Shown here in pieces: positions 1-10,660 of a DNA stretch of 64,000 nucleotides (within the stretch, counting starts at the first letter, position 1; each line of letters starts with the position of its first letter). The stretch is from an uncultured Gammaproteobacteria bacterium (GTDB lineage: Bacteria > Pseudomonadota > Gammaproteobacteria > CAWCPV01), in NCBI GenBank assembly GCA_963797555.1, contig CAWCPV010000003.1, positions 640,001 through 704,000 of the forward strand, in the 5' to 3' direction. Made by a program: the position numbers and the translations under genes. The notes under the pieces are model-generated. The model saw only the letters and a list, made by a program, of their open reading frames with translations, was not told the DNA's origin and made no database searches.

Positions 1-14
1 CACTCTCAGCCGAA

Positions 15-170
15 GTGGCGTACAGGGAGGTACGCCATGACCGAATGGCAGGATAGCCATTCGGCACGTCCGCGGGACGCCCCGAAGGGGTGGCGTACAG
101 GGAGGTACGCCATGACCACCGCGCAACGCCGCTAGCGGGACGCGCAGCAGATTTTCCACAAGCTCTCAGA
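15..170. repeat. REP/MITE-like palindromic repeat cluster (probably continues left of the window)
   Basis: The 28-bp unit GTGGCGTACAGGGAGGTACGCCATGACC occurs at 15-42 and 90-117, each with a hairpin TGGCGTAC/GTACGCCA. A second hairpin CCGAATGGC-AGGATA-GCCATTCGG lies at 41-64. Confidence 0.7.
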
Positions 171-882
171 ACCGCTCCCGGTCGGGGCGAAGGTCCAGCT
201 CATGCGTCCAGGCCGATCGCTCCTGCTCGATCAGACGGAGGTAGGTTTGTGCAATGGCGTCCGGCTGCAAGCAGTTCTCTTCCTGGATACCAGGCACGCC
301 GCGCGTGCGGGGCGTCCAGATGACACCGTCGATCACCACATGGGCCACGTGGATGCCCAGCGGGCCGAACTCGCGGGCCATCGCCTGGGCGAGGCCCCGC
401 AGCGCCGACTTTGCTGCACCGAAGGCTGAGAACTGCGCTCCCGGCTTCACCGAGGCGGTGGCCCCGGTGAAGATGATGGTGCCCTGGCGCCGCGGGAGCA
501 TGCGCATGACGGCCTGGCGGGCACAGAGGAATCCACCCAGACAGTTCACCCGCCAGAGGGTTTCGAACTCTTCGGGAAGGGTGTCTACCAAGGGTTTTAT
601 CAAGAAGTGCCCAGCGGTGTACGCCAGCAGCGAGACGACGCCGAGTTCCTGCTCCAGGCGCGAGAAAGCCCTGCCCACGGCGTCGGCATCGGCGAGGTCG
701 CAGGGTAACATCACCATGCGGCCCCCCGTGGCTTCCACCTCCTGCGCGAGCCCCGCCCCGAACTCGGCACTTCTCGCGAGACCCGCCACCGCATACCCGG
801 CTGCTGCGAACCTGCGGCACAGGGCTGCCCCGAGGCCGGGGCCCACCCCCGCCACCACCGCAACCGGCTGTCCAGCACTCAT
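166..882 (-). CDS. SDR family NAD(P)-dependent oxidoreductase
   Basis: N-terminal VAGVGPGLG Rossmann motif, FTGATAS, FGAAKSALRGLAQ and C-terminal AWTHELDLRP. Confidence 0.9.
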   Translation of the reverse strand: MSAGQPVAVVAGVGPGLGAALCRRFAAAGYAVAGLARSAEFGAGLAQEVEATGGRMVMLPCDLADADAVGRAFSRLEQELGVVSLLAYTAGHFLIKPLVDTLPEEFETLWRVNCLGGFLCARQAVMRMLPRRQGTIIFTGATASVKPGAQFSAFGAAKSALRGLAQAMAREFGPLGIHVAHVVIDGVIWTPRTRGVPGIQEENCLQPDAIAQTYLRLIEQERSAWTHELDLRPDRERF

Positions 883-1624
883 GGCACGACCTCCATACCT
901 CTGCCTCGGGAAAAGGAGTGGCGCTTGCCAGGGGCGAAACCCGGCACGTTTCTTTCCCCGCAGCCGTCGACTCCCCTTCCCCTCCGCAGGCCTGGGTCAA
1001 GATAACGCACTCCGGTCCGGGGCTTCAATTGTCGGAAAGTGATGAGGCCCACTTCTTGGCTTGCGCGTCCAGATCGCTGACGGTCTTGACGCCGAGATGC
1101 ATGGACTTGGTTTTCCGGACCCTAACGATCTCTGGGGCGAAAAACGCGCATGGATTCCCGTTTTGCGGTTCGCGGCGGGCTCGTCGCGGCAATGCGGCAT
1201 CGTTCACTGGCAGAAGGATAGGTCGGGCGTCGCGATCGCATGCGGTGTCAGCGCCGTCCCCAAGTGCATGGCATAGCGGCGCGCCTCGTAAGGCGCGGTA
1301 TAGACACGACGCCACACCCCTCGGCTGCCCCGCCCTGCTGTAACTTGAAGAATGACCTTGCGCTTGTGGGTGCCACCCTACCTCGACGCCGGCGAAAGAG
1401 ATATCCAAGTCCACGTGCGGGCGACGGCGCACCGGCACGGACGGCGGACCCATCTCTCTACCCGCAACAGGCGGCAGGGATCCGTTTTGGCTAGGCGGCG
1501 GAATTGTGAGAAGATACCGCCCCGGCAGCGCGGCGGGCAAAGCCCTGGGCGCCGCCATTGACCCTTATGCACGCGCTCGTGCACCGCCAGCGCGGCTCAC
1601 CCAACCACACACAGAGGATTCACA

Positions 1625-2368
1625 GTGAAAAGCACACTCTTCGTGGCGTTCCTGAGTTCCACCCTCGCCGCTGGTGCGCTCGCCGCCGAAAGCGCAGGCC
1701 TCACCACCGAGAAGGAGCAGTTCAGCTACACGGTCGGATACCAGTTCGGCCACCGCCTGGCCCAGATCTATCCCGATCTCGACGCCAAGGCACTGAGCCA
1801 GGCGATTCAGGACGGCCTGAGCGGCGCGCCGGCCAAGATGTCGCAGGAGGCCATGCAGGCGGCGATGAAGGCGCACCTGCAGGTGCAGCAGAAGGAGCGG
1901 CTCGACGCCGCGGAGAAGAACAAGAAGGCCGGCGAGGCCTTCCTCGCCGCCAACAAACAGAAGGAAGGCTGGAAGGTCCTGCCCAGCGGGCTTCAGTACA
2001 AGGTCCTCAAGGAAGGCACCGGAAAGCAGCCCGCTGTAGACAGCACCGTGGTGGTAAATTATCGGGGAACGCTGATCGATGGCAAGGAGTTCGACAACTC
2101 CTACACTCGCGGACGGCCGGCAACCCTGCGGGTCAACCAGGTCATCAAGGGGTGGCAGGAGGTGCTTCCGCTCATGCACGAAGGGGCGAAGTGGGACGTC
2201 GTCATACCACCCGATCTCGCCTACGGTGCCCAAGGTGCCCGCGCCATGATCGGACCGAATGCGACGCTAGTGTTCGAAATCGAGCTGCTCGAAGTCAAGG
2301 CGCCCGCGGAAACGACCACGCCTGGCAAGCCCGCCCCCGCGGGCAAGGAAAGCAAGCAAACCCCATAG
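1625..2368 (+). CDS. FKBP-type peptidyl-prolyl cis-trans isomerase (Mip/FkpA-like)
   Basis: Signal peptide, then LPSGLQYKVL, YRGTLIDGKEFD, VIKGWQE and PNATLVFEIELL. Confidence 0.95.
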   Translation: MKSTLFVAFLSSTLAAGALAAESAGLTTEKEQFSYTVGYQFGHRLAQIYPDLDAKALSQAIQDGLSGAPAKMSQEAMQAAMKAHLQVQQKERLDAAEKNKKAGEAFLAANKQKEGWKVLPSGLQYKVLKEGTGKQPAVDSTVVVNYRGTLIDGKEFDNSYTRGRPATLRVNQVIKGWQEVLPLMHEGAKWDVVIPPDLAYGAQGARAMIGPNATLVFEIELLEVKAPAETTTPGKPAPAGKESKQTP

Positions 2369-2401
2369 TCTGGAAGCCACAGATCCAAGCCACGGGCCGA
2401 G

Positions 2402-2428
2402 CGGGGAGCCGCATTCGGCGGCTCCCCG
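2402..2428 (+). terminator. GC-rich hairpin downstream of the FKBP gene (possible terminator)
   Basis: 11-bp stem CGGGGAGCCGC-ATTCG-GCGGCTCCCCG; no U tract follows. Confidence 0.45.
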
Positions 2429-2812
2429 AGATCCTGTTGGCGAGCCGATGAGACGCTCCGGCGCGTCTCCCCGAACAGCATCGAGCCGCGGCAGAGGAAG
2501 TCCGGGGTCGGTGTCATGTCCGGATGATGCGCTGGGGCGTTGTCCTTGGAGCGCGCGACGGATGTCACCCTCGTGCACGAAGTTCGAGCTGGCAAACAGC
2601 AGCCTCTTGACGGCGGCTCGGCGCGCCTCCCGGTGAGGCCTGAGCAGCCGCCAGCCTCTCATCGTGTTACACCTGCCAAGTCGCGGCCTGGCAGGCGCGC
2701 CCCGAGAAGGTTGGCGCGCGGCCGCACGCCGACGCGGGCTGTAGTATAGTCCCTCGGCACGGGCTCCCGCCCCGGCGCGGGCCTCGTCTCGTCGCAACAC
2801 GGGAGTGTCAGG

Positions 2813-3823
2813 ATGGACTTTCTCAGCCAGTACGCCCTGTTCCTGGCCAAGGCAGTCACCAGCGTGCTTGCAATCCTGGCCGTGGTGGGCGGCATCATCG
2901 CGCTTGCGGCCCGCGGTCGCCACCGCGGGAGGGATCGCATCGAGGTGACGCGGCTGAACCGGAAGTACGAGGAGACGGAAGGGATCCTGCAGGCCGCCAT
3001 TCTCCCCAAGAAGGAGGTGAAACGGCGCCGCAAGGCTCGCAAGAAACAGCGCAAAGCCCAGGAGGAAGGAGCCTCCGAGCAGCGTCGCGTATACGTCCTA
3101 AACTTTCATGGGAACGTGTTGGCCTCTGCCGTGTCCTCCCTGCGCGAGGAGGTCACCGCGGTCCTCGCTGTGGCCACGCCGCAGGACGAGGTGCTCCTGC
3201 GCCTGGAGAGCGGAGGGGGAATCGTCCATGGATACGGCCTGGCCGCGTCGCAGCTACAGCGACTCAAGGAGCGGAGCGTGAAGCTCACGGTAGCGGTGGA
3301 CAAGGTGGCCGCAAGCGGCGGCTACATGATGGCGAGCATCGCCGATCGCATCATCGCCGCCCCTTTCGCAATCCTGGGCTCCATTGGCGTCGTGGCCCAG
3401 TTGCCCAACTTCCACCGCCTGCTGAAGAAGAACGAGGTCGACTACGAGCTTATCACCGCGGGCGATTACAAACGCACGCTGACGCTGTTCGGAGAGAACA
3501 CCGAGAAGGGCCGCCAGAAGGCGCGCGAAGAGGTGGAGGAGGCTCACCGCTTGTTCAAGGAGTTCGTCAAGACTCATCGCTCCCAGCTCGACATCGACAG
3601 CATCGCCACCGGCGAGTACTGGTATGGGGTACGGGCGCTAGAGCTGAAGCTGGTGGACGAACTGCGCACCAGCGACGACTATCTGCTGGACGCCAGCCGG
3701 ACAGCAGACCTGTACGAAGTACGTTACGTGGCGAGAAGGACCCGGGCCCAGCGGCTCTTCGCGTCCGCCGAGGAGGCTATAGACCTCTCCCGGTCCTTCG
3801 GCGGTTTCGCGAACGTGGCATAG
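2813..3823 (+). CDS. sohB: Protease SohB (peptidase S49)
   Basis: MDFLSQYALFLAK N-terminus, LESGGGIVHGYGLAASQL, DKVAASGGYMMA and GSIGVVAQLPNFHRLLKK. Confidence 0.95.
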   Translation: MDFLSQYALFLAKAVTSVLAILAVVGGIIALAARGRHRGRDRIEVTRLNRKYEETEGILQAAILPKKEVKRRRKARKKQRKAQEEGASEQRRVYVLNFHGNVLASAVSSLREEVTAVLAVATPQDEVLLRLESGGGIVHGYGLAASQLQRLKERSVKLTVAVDKVAASGGYMMASIADRIIAAPFAILGSIGVVAQLPNFHRLLKKNEVDYELITAGDYKRTLTLFGENTEKGRQKAREEVEEAHRLFKEFVKTHRSQLDIDSIATGEYWYGVRALELKLVDELRTSDDYLLDASRTADLYEVRYVARRTRAQRLFASAEEAIDLSRSFGGFANVA

Positions 3824-3854
3824 GGCGCCGATTCGGCAACGCCGCCCTGCGCAG

Positions 3855-4745
3855 TCACTCCCAAAGCCAGGCGGCGCCGCGCACCCCGCTAGAGTCTCCG
3901 AAACGAGGCGGCACCAGGCGCGAATCCACCCGATCGGAGAAGACGTAGCGGCCCCACAGACGGGGTACGGTATGGTAGAGGCGCCCGATATTCGACATGC
4001 CTCCGCCGAGGACGATGACGTCCGGATCCAGGATGTTGATGACATGAGCCAGCGAGCGCGCCATGCGGTCCTCGTAACGCGCCAGCGTCGCCTCGCAGGC
4101 CGCGTCGCCGCCCAACCCTCCTTGCCAGATCCCGGGCGCATCCAGGTGCCGGCCCGTCACGCGCTCATGGTCGCGCGCCATGCCCGGACCGGACAGGAAA
4201 GTCTCGATGCAGCCGCGCTTGCCGCAGTAACATTCGGGACCGGGCAGATCCTCTTCCCACGGCAGCGGATTGTGGCCCCACTCCCCGGCGATGGCGTTCG
4301 GGCCGGTCAGCACCCGCCCGTGCACTACCACGCCGCCTCCCGTTCCGGTGCCCACGATGACGCCGAACACCACGCGCGCGTCGGCTGCCGCCCCATCGGC
4401 AGCCTCGGACAGGGCAAAACAGTTCGCATCGTTGGCCATGCGCACCGGCCGCTTCAACAGTCGCTCCAAGTCGTTCACCAGCGGTCGGCCGTTGAGGCAA
4501 ACGGAGTTCGAGTTCTTGAGCAACCCGGTCGCCGGCGAGATGGCGCCGGGCGTGCCGATCCCCAGGGTGCCTCGCTCTCCCAGCGCAGTGTCCGCGCGCT
4601 GGACGAGCATCGCGATAGCCCGCAAGATAGCGCCATAGTCGCCCCGGGGGGTCGCAACCCGCTCACGCAAGAGTTCTTTGCCATGGGGGTCGAGGGCGAT
4701 GATCTCTATCTTGGTTCCGCCCAGGTCGATACCGAGACGTATCAT
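3855..4745 (-). CDS. mak: ROK family sugar kinase (fructokinase-like)
   Basis: GIDLGGTK, NDANCFALSEA, AGEWGHNPLP and the CYCGKRGCIE zinc motif. Confidence 0.88.
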   Translation of the reverse strand: MIRLGIDLGGTKIEIIALDPHGKELLRERVATPRGDYGAILRAIAMLVQRADTALGERGTLGIGTPGAISPATGLLKNSNSVCLNGRPLVNDLERLLKRPVRMANDANCFALSEAADGAAADARVVFGVIVGTGTGGGVVVHGRVLTGPNAIAGEWGHNPLPWEEDLPGPECYCGKRGCIETFLSGPGMARDHERVTGRHLDAPGIWQGGLGGDAACEATLARYEDRMARSLAHVINILDPDVIVLGGGMSNIGRLYHTVPRLWGRYVFSDRVDSRLVPPRFGDSSGVRGAAWLWE

Positions 4746-4943
4746 TTTGTTTCTAAAGAGTTAGGTGGCACGGGCTAGCCATCTTGGCTAGGTGCCCGGA
4801 CACGCGGTTCGCCTGCTGGGGCCGCTGCGGGGTCACGGTGCCGACCGGGCTCTGCGGTTCGTTGCTGCAGATGCGGAACGCCGGTCACGAAGCGGCGTGC
4901 CTCGGCCCGTTTTCAGGCCGGATGGAAGACAGAGCGTCGTAGG

Positions 4944-5936
4944 GTGAAGACAGCGATCTACTACACAGCGCTGGCCGGCTTGCTGCTGGCGATCGCCGTG
5001 TTGGTTTGGGCGGGTCTGCCGGAGATCGTGCGCACCCTGACCCTCGCCGGATGGGGCCTTCTCTGGCTCGTGCCATTCCATATCCTCCCCGTTGCGCTCG
5101 ACAGCGCCGGCTGGCGCGTGCTTCTCAGAGCGCGCGCGCCCCAGGCCCGATTGTCCTATCTGGTCTGGGTCGCCGCGGTGCGGGACGCGGTCAACAGCCT
5201 GCTTCCGATCTTCGGGCCGGGCGGCGCGGTGGTGGGCGTTCGGCTGGTCATGCAGCGGGCGGTGAGCGGAAGCCTGTCGGCAGCCAGCGTGATCGTCGAG
5301 GGCACGGTCACCCTCGCCAGCCAGTTCCTGTTCGTCATCCTCGGGGTGGCCATGTTCGTTTCACAACATCTCGGCGCTGAAACCCGGTTGATTCAGGATA
5401 TCCTGCCCGGACTCATCATAGCCCTTCTCGGACTGATCCTTCTGTTTTTCGTCCAGTGCCATCCCGGTCTTTTCCATCGCGCCGAGGCTCTGATGGACAG
5501 GTTCGCTGACAGGTGGGATTTTCGCGAGTCGATCGGCAGCCCCGTGCGGTTGCACGGCGAGCTACGTCTCCTTTACGCACAGCGCCGGGCCGTGGTCCAA
5601 AGCGGACTCTGGCAGTTGGCGGGGCTGCTTTCCGGGGCCGGCGAGGTCTGGCTGGCTCTGCACCTGTTCCAGCAGCCGGTCAGTCTGGCCTCTGCCATAC
5701 TGCTCGAAAGCCTCGGTCAGGTGGTCCGCACGGCGACCTTCATGGTGCCGGCGGGCGTCGGCGTACGGGAGGCGAGCTTCGCACTGTTCGCCCCGATGGT
5801 CGGACTCTCGCCGCAAGTGGGCATTGCCCTGGCGCTCGCCAAGCGCCTGAGGGAGCTTGTTTTTGGCCTCCCCGTGCTGGCATCCTGGCAGTGGGTGGAA
5901 GGGCGCCGCCTGGTGACCCGCGGCACCGTCGATTAG
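4944..5936 (+). CDS. Lysylphosphatidylglycerol synthase TM / HpnL-like flippase membrane protein
   Basis: Multi-pass hydrophobic protein with RDAVNSLLP, FMVPAGVGVRE and ALAKRLRELVFG. Confidence 0.75.
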   Translation: MKTAIYYTALAGLLLAIAVLVWAGLPEIVRTLTLAGWGLLWLVPFHILPVALDSAGWRVLLRARAPQARLSYLVWVAAVRDAVNSLLPIFGPGGAVVGVRLVMQRAVSGSLSAASVIVEGTVTLASQFLFVILGVAMFVSQHLGAETRLIQDILPGLIIALLGLILLFFVQCHPGLFHRAEALMDRFADRWDFRESIGSPVRLHGELRLLYAQRRAVVQSGLWQLAGLLSGAGEVWLALHLFQQPVSLASAILLESLGQVVRTATFMVPAGVGVREASFALFAPMVGLSPQVGIALALAKRLRELVFGLPVLASWQWVEGRRLVTRGTVD

Positions 5937-5984
5937 CAGCAGAGGCTAGCTTGAGAGCATCAGCATCGGGGGACAGCGTAAGCT

Positions 5985-7248
5985 ATGACAATTTGGTCGC
6001 AGCCACTTAACGACAAACTTTTCAATGGGATGCTCCGAGCAGCGAACGCGCTCGGCCCGGCAATCGACCGCAGCGGTCTGGGGCTCGGATCGCTCGATCT
6101 GCAGACCCTGCTGGATACCGCCTGCCGCAGGGCGGGACTCGGCGATTTCGGTACGCCCGCGCTCGAAGCGCCGCTGCGGGTGCTTCTCGATGCCTGTCAG
6201 AACGAGGCCAACCTAAACCTGTTCGGACGCATCTCGACCCGATGGGACGTTCCTGCGCTTGCTGACGAACCGGCTGCGGCTGGAGGAGGACCGCAAACGC
6301 AATCCCGCCATCGCTGACGAGCCCGTCGAACGCCCGCTCTTCATCGTCGGCCTGCCGCGCAGCGGCACGACGCTCCTCCATAGCCTGCTGGCCCAGGACC
6401 CTGAGAACCGCTGCCCCGCGCACTGGGAGACCATGTATCCCTCTCCTCCGCCCGAGCGCCTGCACTACGAAGACGATCCGCGCATCCGTCAAGTCGAGCG
6501 GCAGCTCAAGTGGTTCGGCCGCATCGCCCCCGGCTTCAGAGCGATGCATCTGATCGGGGCACGTCTCCCGCGAGAGTGCACGGAGATCATGGATCACGTG
6601 TTTCTCAGCCTGCGCTTCGACACGCTGTATCACGTGCCTTCGTACCTGCGCTGGATCGAACGGCACGGGCTGCGCGACGCCTACACCTTTCATCGGACCT
6701 TCCTGCAGCAGTTGCAATGGCGCTGTCCACCTCGGCGGTGGGTGCTCAAGAGCCCGGACCACGTATTTGCGCTTGCCGATCTGTTCGCCGTGTATCCCGA
6801 TGCCCGAGTGCTGATGACCCATCGCGATCCGCTGCGGGTGGTGGCGTCGGTTGCCAGCCTCACCGCGGCGCTGCAACTTCCCTTCAGCGATTCGGTGGAT
6901 CCGGTCCGGGTGGCCCGCACCGTCAGCAGGCGATGGGTCGAAGGCGCGCAAGGCATGGTCCGAGCGCGCGAGGAGGCCGACATCGGGGGCCGCTTCCTGG
7001 ACATTCATTATGTCGACTTGGTCCGGGACCCCATGGGCGAAATTCGTCGCGTCTATTCCCACCTCGGTCTGCCACTGAGCGACGAGGGCAGCAAACGGAT
7101 GCGCATGTTCCTCTCCCAGCACCCCAAGGATCGCCACGGCCAGCACCGCTATTCCCTCGAACAGTTCGGGCTCGACCGCGACGAGCAGGAGCGGCAATAT
7201 CGACCTTACGTGGAACGCTTTCAGGTCGAGGCGGAGCCTGCCATCTAA
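5985..7248 (+). CDS. Sulfotransferase family protein (frameshift at about 6250)
   Basis: PAPS loop IVGLPRSGTTLL, WVLKSPDH and THRDP. The N-terminus (GLGDFG...EANLNLFGR) is in the 5985 frame and joins if one extra T at about 6250 is removed. Confidence 0.85.
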
Positions 7249-8231
7249 GGCTTCGCTATGCGGTCGAACACCATCACCGACGAGACGCCATCCTTTTCAT
7301 AGAGAAGCGCCATCTGTCCTGCCAGGAACCCGAACCGCTTGACGCGGCCGAGCTGGTCCAGGAAGCGGCTCTCCACCGCCATGGCCGGTTCCGGGCAAGC
7401 CATTTTGGTCGAAGCAACGGGTCCCACTGACACCTCGCCGGGCATGCCGCCCTCCGTCGCCGTCGCGACGTAACGGTTACAGCCGGCGCTTCCCACGAAC
7501 TTTCCGGCTTCGAACCGGAGGGTCACCTCGGGTTCCGCTGGCGCCCCCTCGTCGGCGCCCCAGCCGCGAAGCGCCCATTCGGTGCCTGTGAGCGTCTCCA
7601 GGGAAAGCCGCTGCGGTTTCTCGGAGAGGGCAAGCTCTTCGAGCTCCCCGCCGCGTCGGAGTACCCAGCCCCGCGTGGTCACCTCGCCAGGGCAGCAGGC
7701 TGGATCCGATGGTCCGGCTTGGACGACATCTAACATTACGCGTCCGTTCTCGATGCGCCCGCTGCGGATCTGGACGCGGTCGCCGATCCGCTTAATCGCG
7801 ATGTTTCGCAGCTCGCCGTCCCTGCGACCGACCACGGCCAGGTAGACGTAGGAGCCAGAACCACTACCGCTTTCACCCAGTAGAACCACAGCTTCGTTCT
7901 TACCATCCCCATCCAGATCGCCGACGAGTCGAAAGTCGCCTAGCAAGCTCACCGTGGGACTGGAGGCAGCACCTTTGACCTGAGGTTTGCCGTGCCACGA
8001 CCCATCGACCAGCGTCACGGGGTGCAAATCGAAGCCCATGTAGGTGGCATTCTTCAGCTCCTGCAGCGTTGGCGGCGACTGTTCGGGCGTGCCGTTTGGG
8101 GCCGACTCGGATGCATGTCCTTCGCTGGATGGATGAGCGAACGAGAGCACGAATACACCGAGTGCAAGCCAGACGATGGACGAAAGGTAATTTCTCACCG
8201 CCTCTCTCCGAGTCCCCATGGCGCAGCCCAC
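7245..8231 (-). CDS. Secreted protein with C-terminal META (HslJ-like) domain
   Basis: GSAGCNRY...STKMACP META motif, GDLDGDGKNEA repeat and an N-terminal hydrophobic segment. Confidence 0.85.
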   Translation of the reverse strand: MGCAMGTRREAVRNYLSSIVWLALGVFVLSFAHPSSEGHASESAPNGTPEQSPPTLQELKNATYMGFDLHPVTLVDGSWHGKPQVKGAASSPTVSLLGDFRLVGDLDGDGKNEAVVLLGESGSGSGSYVYLAVVGRRDGELRNIAIKRIGDRVQIRSGRIENGRVMLDVVQAGPSDPACCPGEVTTRGWVLRRGGELEELALSEKPQRLSLETLTGTEWALRGWGADEGAPAEPEVTLRFEAGKFVGSAGCNRYVATATEGGMPGEVSVGPVASTKMACPEPAMAVESRFLDQLGRVKRFGFLAGQMALLYEKDGVSSVMVFDRIAKP

Positions 8232-8290
8232 GGCGGCTCAGTGTACCAGACCCTCACGCGCCCGATCCCCGGGTGCCATGGGAGCCACCC

Positions 8291-9880
8291 CGGAACGTGT
8301 CAACAACTTTGAGACACGGGTGGTTGGAAACTAAGTTGTCATTGCCGCCATCTCGCATTGGCCGAGCGTGTTGGCTTGCTCGAGGAGCAGGGTACTGGTC
8401 GTGGGCAGATCCTGCTCGGGGACTATCGGGTTGATGGCGACCAGCTTGGGGGGCTGGGCTGCGACTGGGCGCCCCCGCACGAAGCGCTCGGGATGTGCCT
8501 GGTGGGCGGCATCGAGCGCCGCCTGGCGCACCGCCAGAGCTCCTTGCCCCGTCCGTGAAACACATCAGCCGGCGTGAACAGGGCGAGCCCCGAATGCTGA
8601 TGGTGGTGGTTGTACCAGTCGAAGAACTCGGTGCACCAAGCCCGCCCCTGCTCGAGACCTCGGAAGCGACCGGGAAAGTCCGGCTGGTACTTGAGGGTCT
8701 TGAACTGAGACTCGGAGAAGGGATTGTCGTTACTCACCCTGGGGCGGGAGTGAGAGGGCTCCACCTTCAGCTCCGCCAGGAGGTCGAGAAAGCCCCGTGC
8801 GGTCATGGGGGCACCGCGGTCCTGGTGGACCCGCAGGCTGCGTGGCTCGATGCCATGGCGATGGATGGCTTCTGCCAGCAGTTGTTTGGCGAGTGCACTG
8901 TTCTCGCGGGCCGCCAGCCAAGCCACCACGAAGCGGCTGTAGAGGTCGAGCACCACGTAGAGATTCAGGAACACCCCTCGGCTCAGGGTGGCGAGCTTGG
9001 TGATGTCCCAGGTCCAGACTTGGTTGGGGGCGCTTGCCTCCAAGCGCGGCACGGGATGGTGAGTTTTGGGGCGCACGGCGCGCCGCTCGCCCGACTCTGC
9101 GGATTCGGCCAACAGCCGATGCATGGTGCGAACAGAACACAGATACCGCCCCTCGTCCAGAAGCTTGGCGTAGACCTCAGCCGGGGGCTGGTCGATGAAG
9201 CGCTCCTCGTGGAGCACCTCGAGCACTTCCCGGCGCTGCGCCTCGCTCAGGCGCCGTGGGCTACACCGTGGACCGCTGGCAGGCCGAGTAACCCGCGGTC
9301 GGTGCCGATAGAGTGTCGCCCGCGCAAGCCCCAGGGCCGCACAGGCGGACTTGAGCGGCACCACCGGGTCACGCGCTTCGAGTGAAGCGCACTCATGGCA
9401 CGTGCTCGCTCTCGGTGGCCGCCAACAACTCCTGGGCTTTTTTTTGGAGCTCAAGGAGCTTCTCGGCGATGAGGAGCTTGCGCGTGAGGATCGCCTTGTC
9501 GCGCTCCAGCGCCTCGATGCGCGCCGGTCCTTGGCATCCTTGAGCGCCTTGCGACCCGGCTTCCTGGGTGCGAGCCCGGCCTCGCCTTCACGCTCGAGCT
9601 GCACACGCCAGGCCGCCAATTGGGAGCTGTACAGCCGCTCTCGACGCAGCAGCGCCGCCAGTGCTCCACGCTCAGTGCAAGCCTCGGCCTCGGCCAAAAG
9701 ACGTTGCTTGTCCTCGGCCGAGAAGCGCCGATGCAGCCCCCGATCATGCTCAGGGTTGGCTACCACCTCAGTACCACTTCCAACTGAAACAGGCTTGGGC
9801 ATGACATCCTCCAGTCCGCCCTCGAATCATACTTACATTCCAGGAAACCCGTGTCTCAGTCATTATTGGCACAGAGGGGG
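8291..9880 (-). mobile_element. IS3-family insertion sequence, copy 1 (orfA/orfB, with indels)
   Basis: orfA HTH (LLRRERLYSSQL) and orfB DDE (WTWDITKL, HQDRG, SNDNPFSES). Imperfect IRs TGTCAACAACTTTGAGACAC (about 8298) and GTGTCTCAGTCATTATTGGCACA (9851-9873). A-run at 9438-9445. Confidence 0.92.
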
Positions 9881-10033
9881 GGACCCGACCCCTGCGGTGC
9901 GCGTGCGGGATTGAGTGCCGGAAGCGCCACACGGACCTCCCACGCAAGCGGTTTGGTCGCGACACTGAAGGTCCGGGGTTCGCCACCGTAGTCTGCACTG
10001 ACCGCAAGCTCCATCGTTACTAGCGGTACCTCA

Positions 10034-10500
10034 TCACTTAGCTGCCTCCCCACACAGCCCGCTGATTGTCTTTTCAAACCGGTAAGGCTCCAACGCCGCC
10101 ATTCCCTTTCTTGAGATGTTAAGACCCCACTCTGGCTTACTTTGTAAACCCGCATAGTCTCGGCTGACGAAGACCCCGTTGGGGCTGGCCCAGACAAGGG
10201 ACGGAATGAGGTAGAGGTCTGGGGGCTGGCCATCAAAGAGAAGTCCAAGCGCCAAATACACCTTGTCCTTTAACGAGACTTGTCTTTTTGCATGAACACG
10301 TAGCCCGCCGAACGGAGGGACTTCACCTGAACCTCAATGAAAGGCCCTTCCTCATACCGCGCAACAAAGTCGATACCGCGATCATCAACTTCCGTTGAAT
10401 AGACCTGAAATCCATACATCGTCAACTCCATCTTGACAAAGTACTCCGTATACGCACCGACTTGCTGTCTATTCAACCGGCTCCAATTGTATCGCTGCAT
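10034..10500 (-). CDS. DUF4365-like PD-(D/E)XK nuclease (frameshift at about 10270)
   Basis: E...DDRGIDF...EVQVK motif; two adjacent ORFs read as one protein. Confidence 0.7.
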
Positions 10501-10660
10501 TTGGTTCTGAGATGGCTAACGTTCCCGGCATCACTTTTGGGGGCGACAAGGGGACCGGAGAAGGGGACGGATTTGTCTTTCTAGCCTCAGGCGAGCCCTA
10601 CAAGGAATGGATTGGCCATAGACGCACTCGATCAACCACGCCTCGCAGCCATGACGCAGG

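Noticed and set aside
15-117. Two 28-bp direct repeats as a possible CRISPR array
   Set aside because: Only two units, the spacer is itself a hairpin and no cas genes are present; REP/MITE-like instead
918-1584. Several overlapping ORFs between the SDR and FKBP genes
   Set aside because: No recognisable motifs, so no frame can be supported
2440-2662. Minus-strand snippet EARRAAVKRLLFASSN resembling an NAD-dependent epimerase
   Set aside because: Too short and degenerate to call
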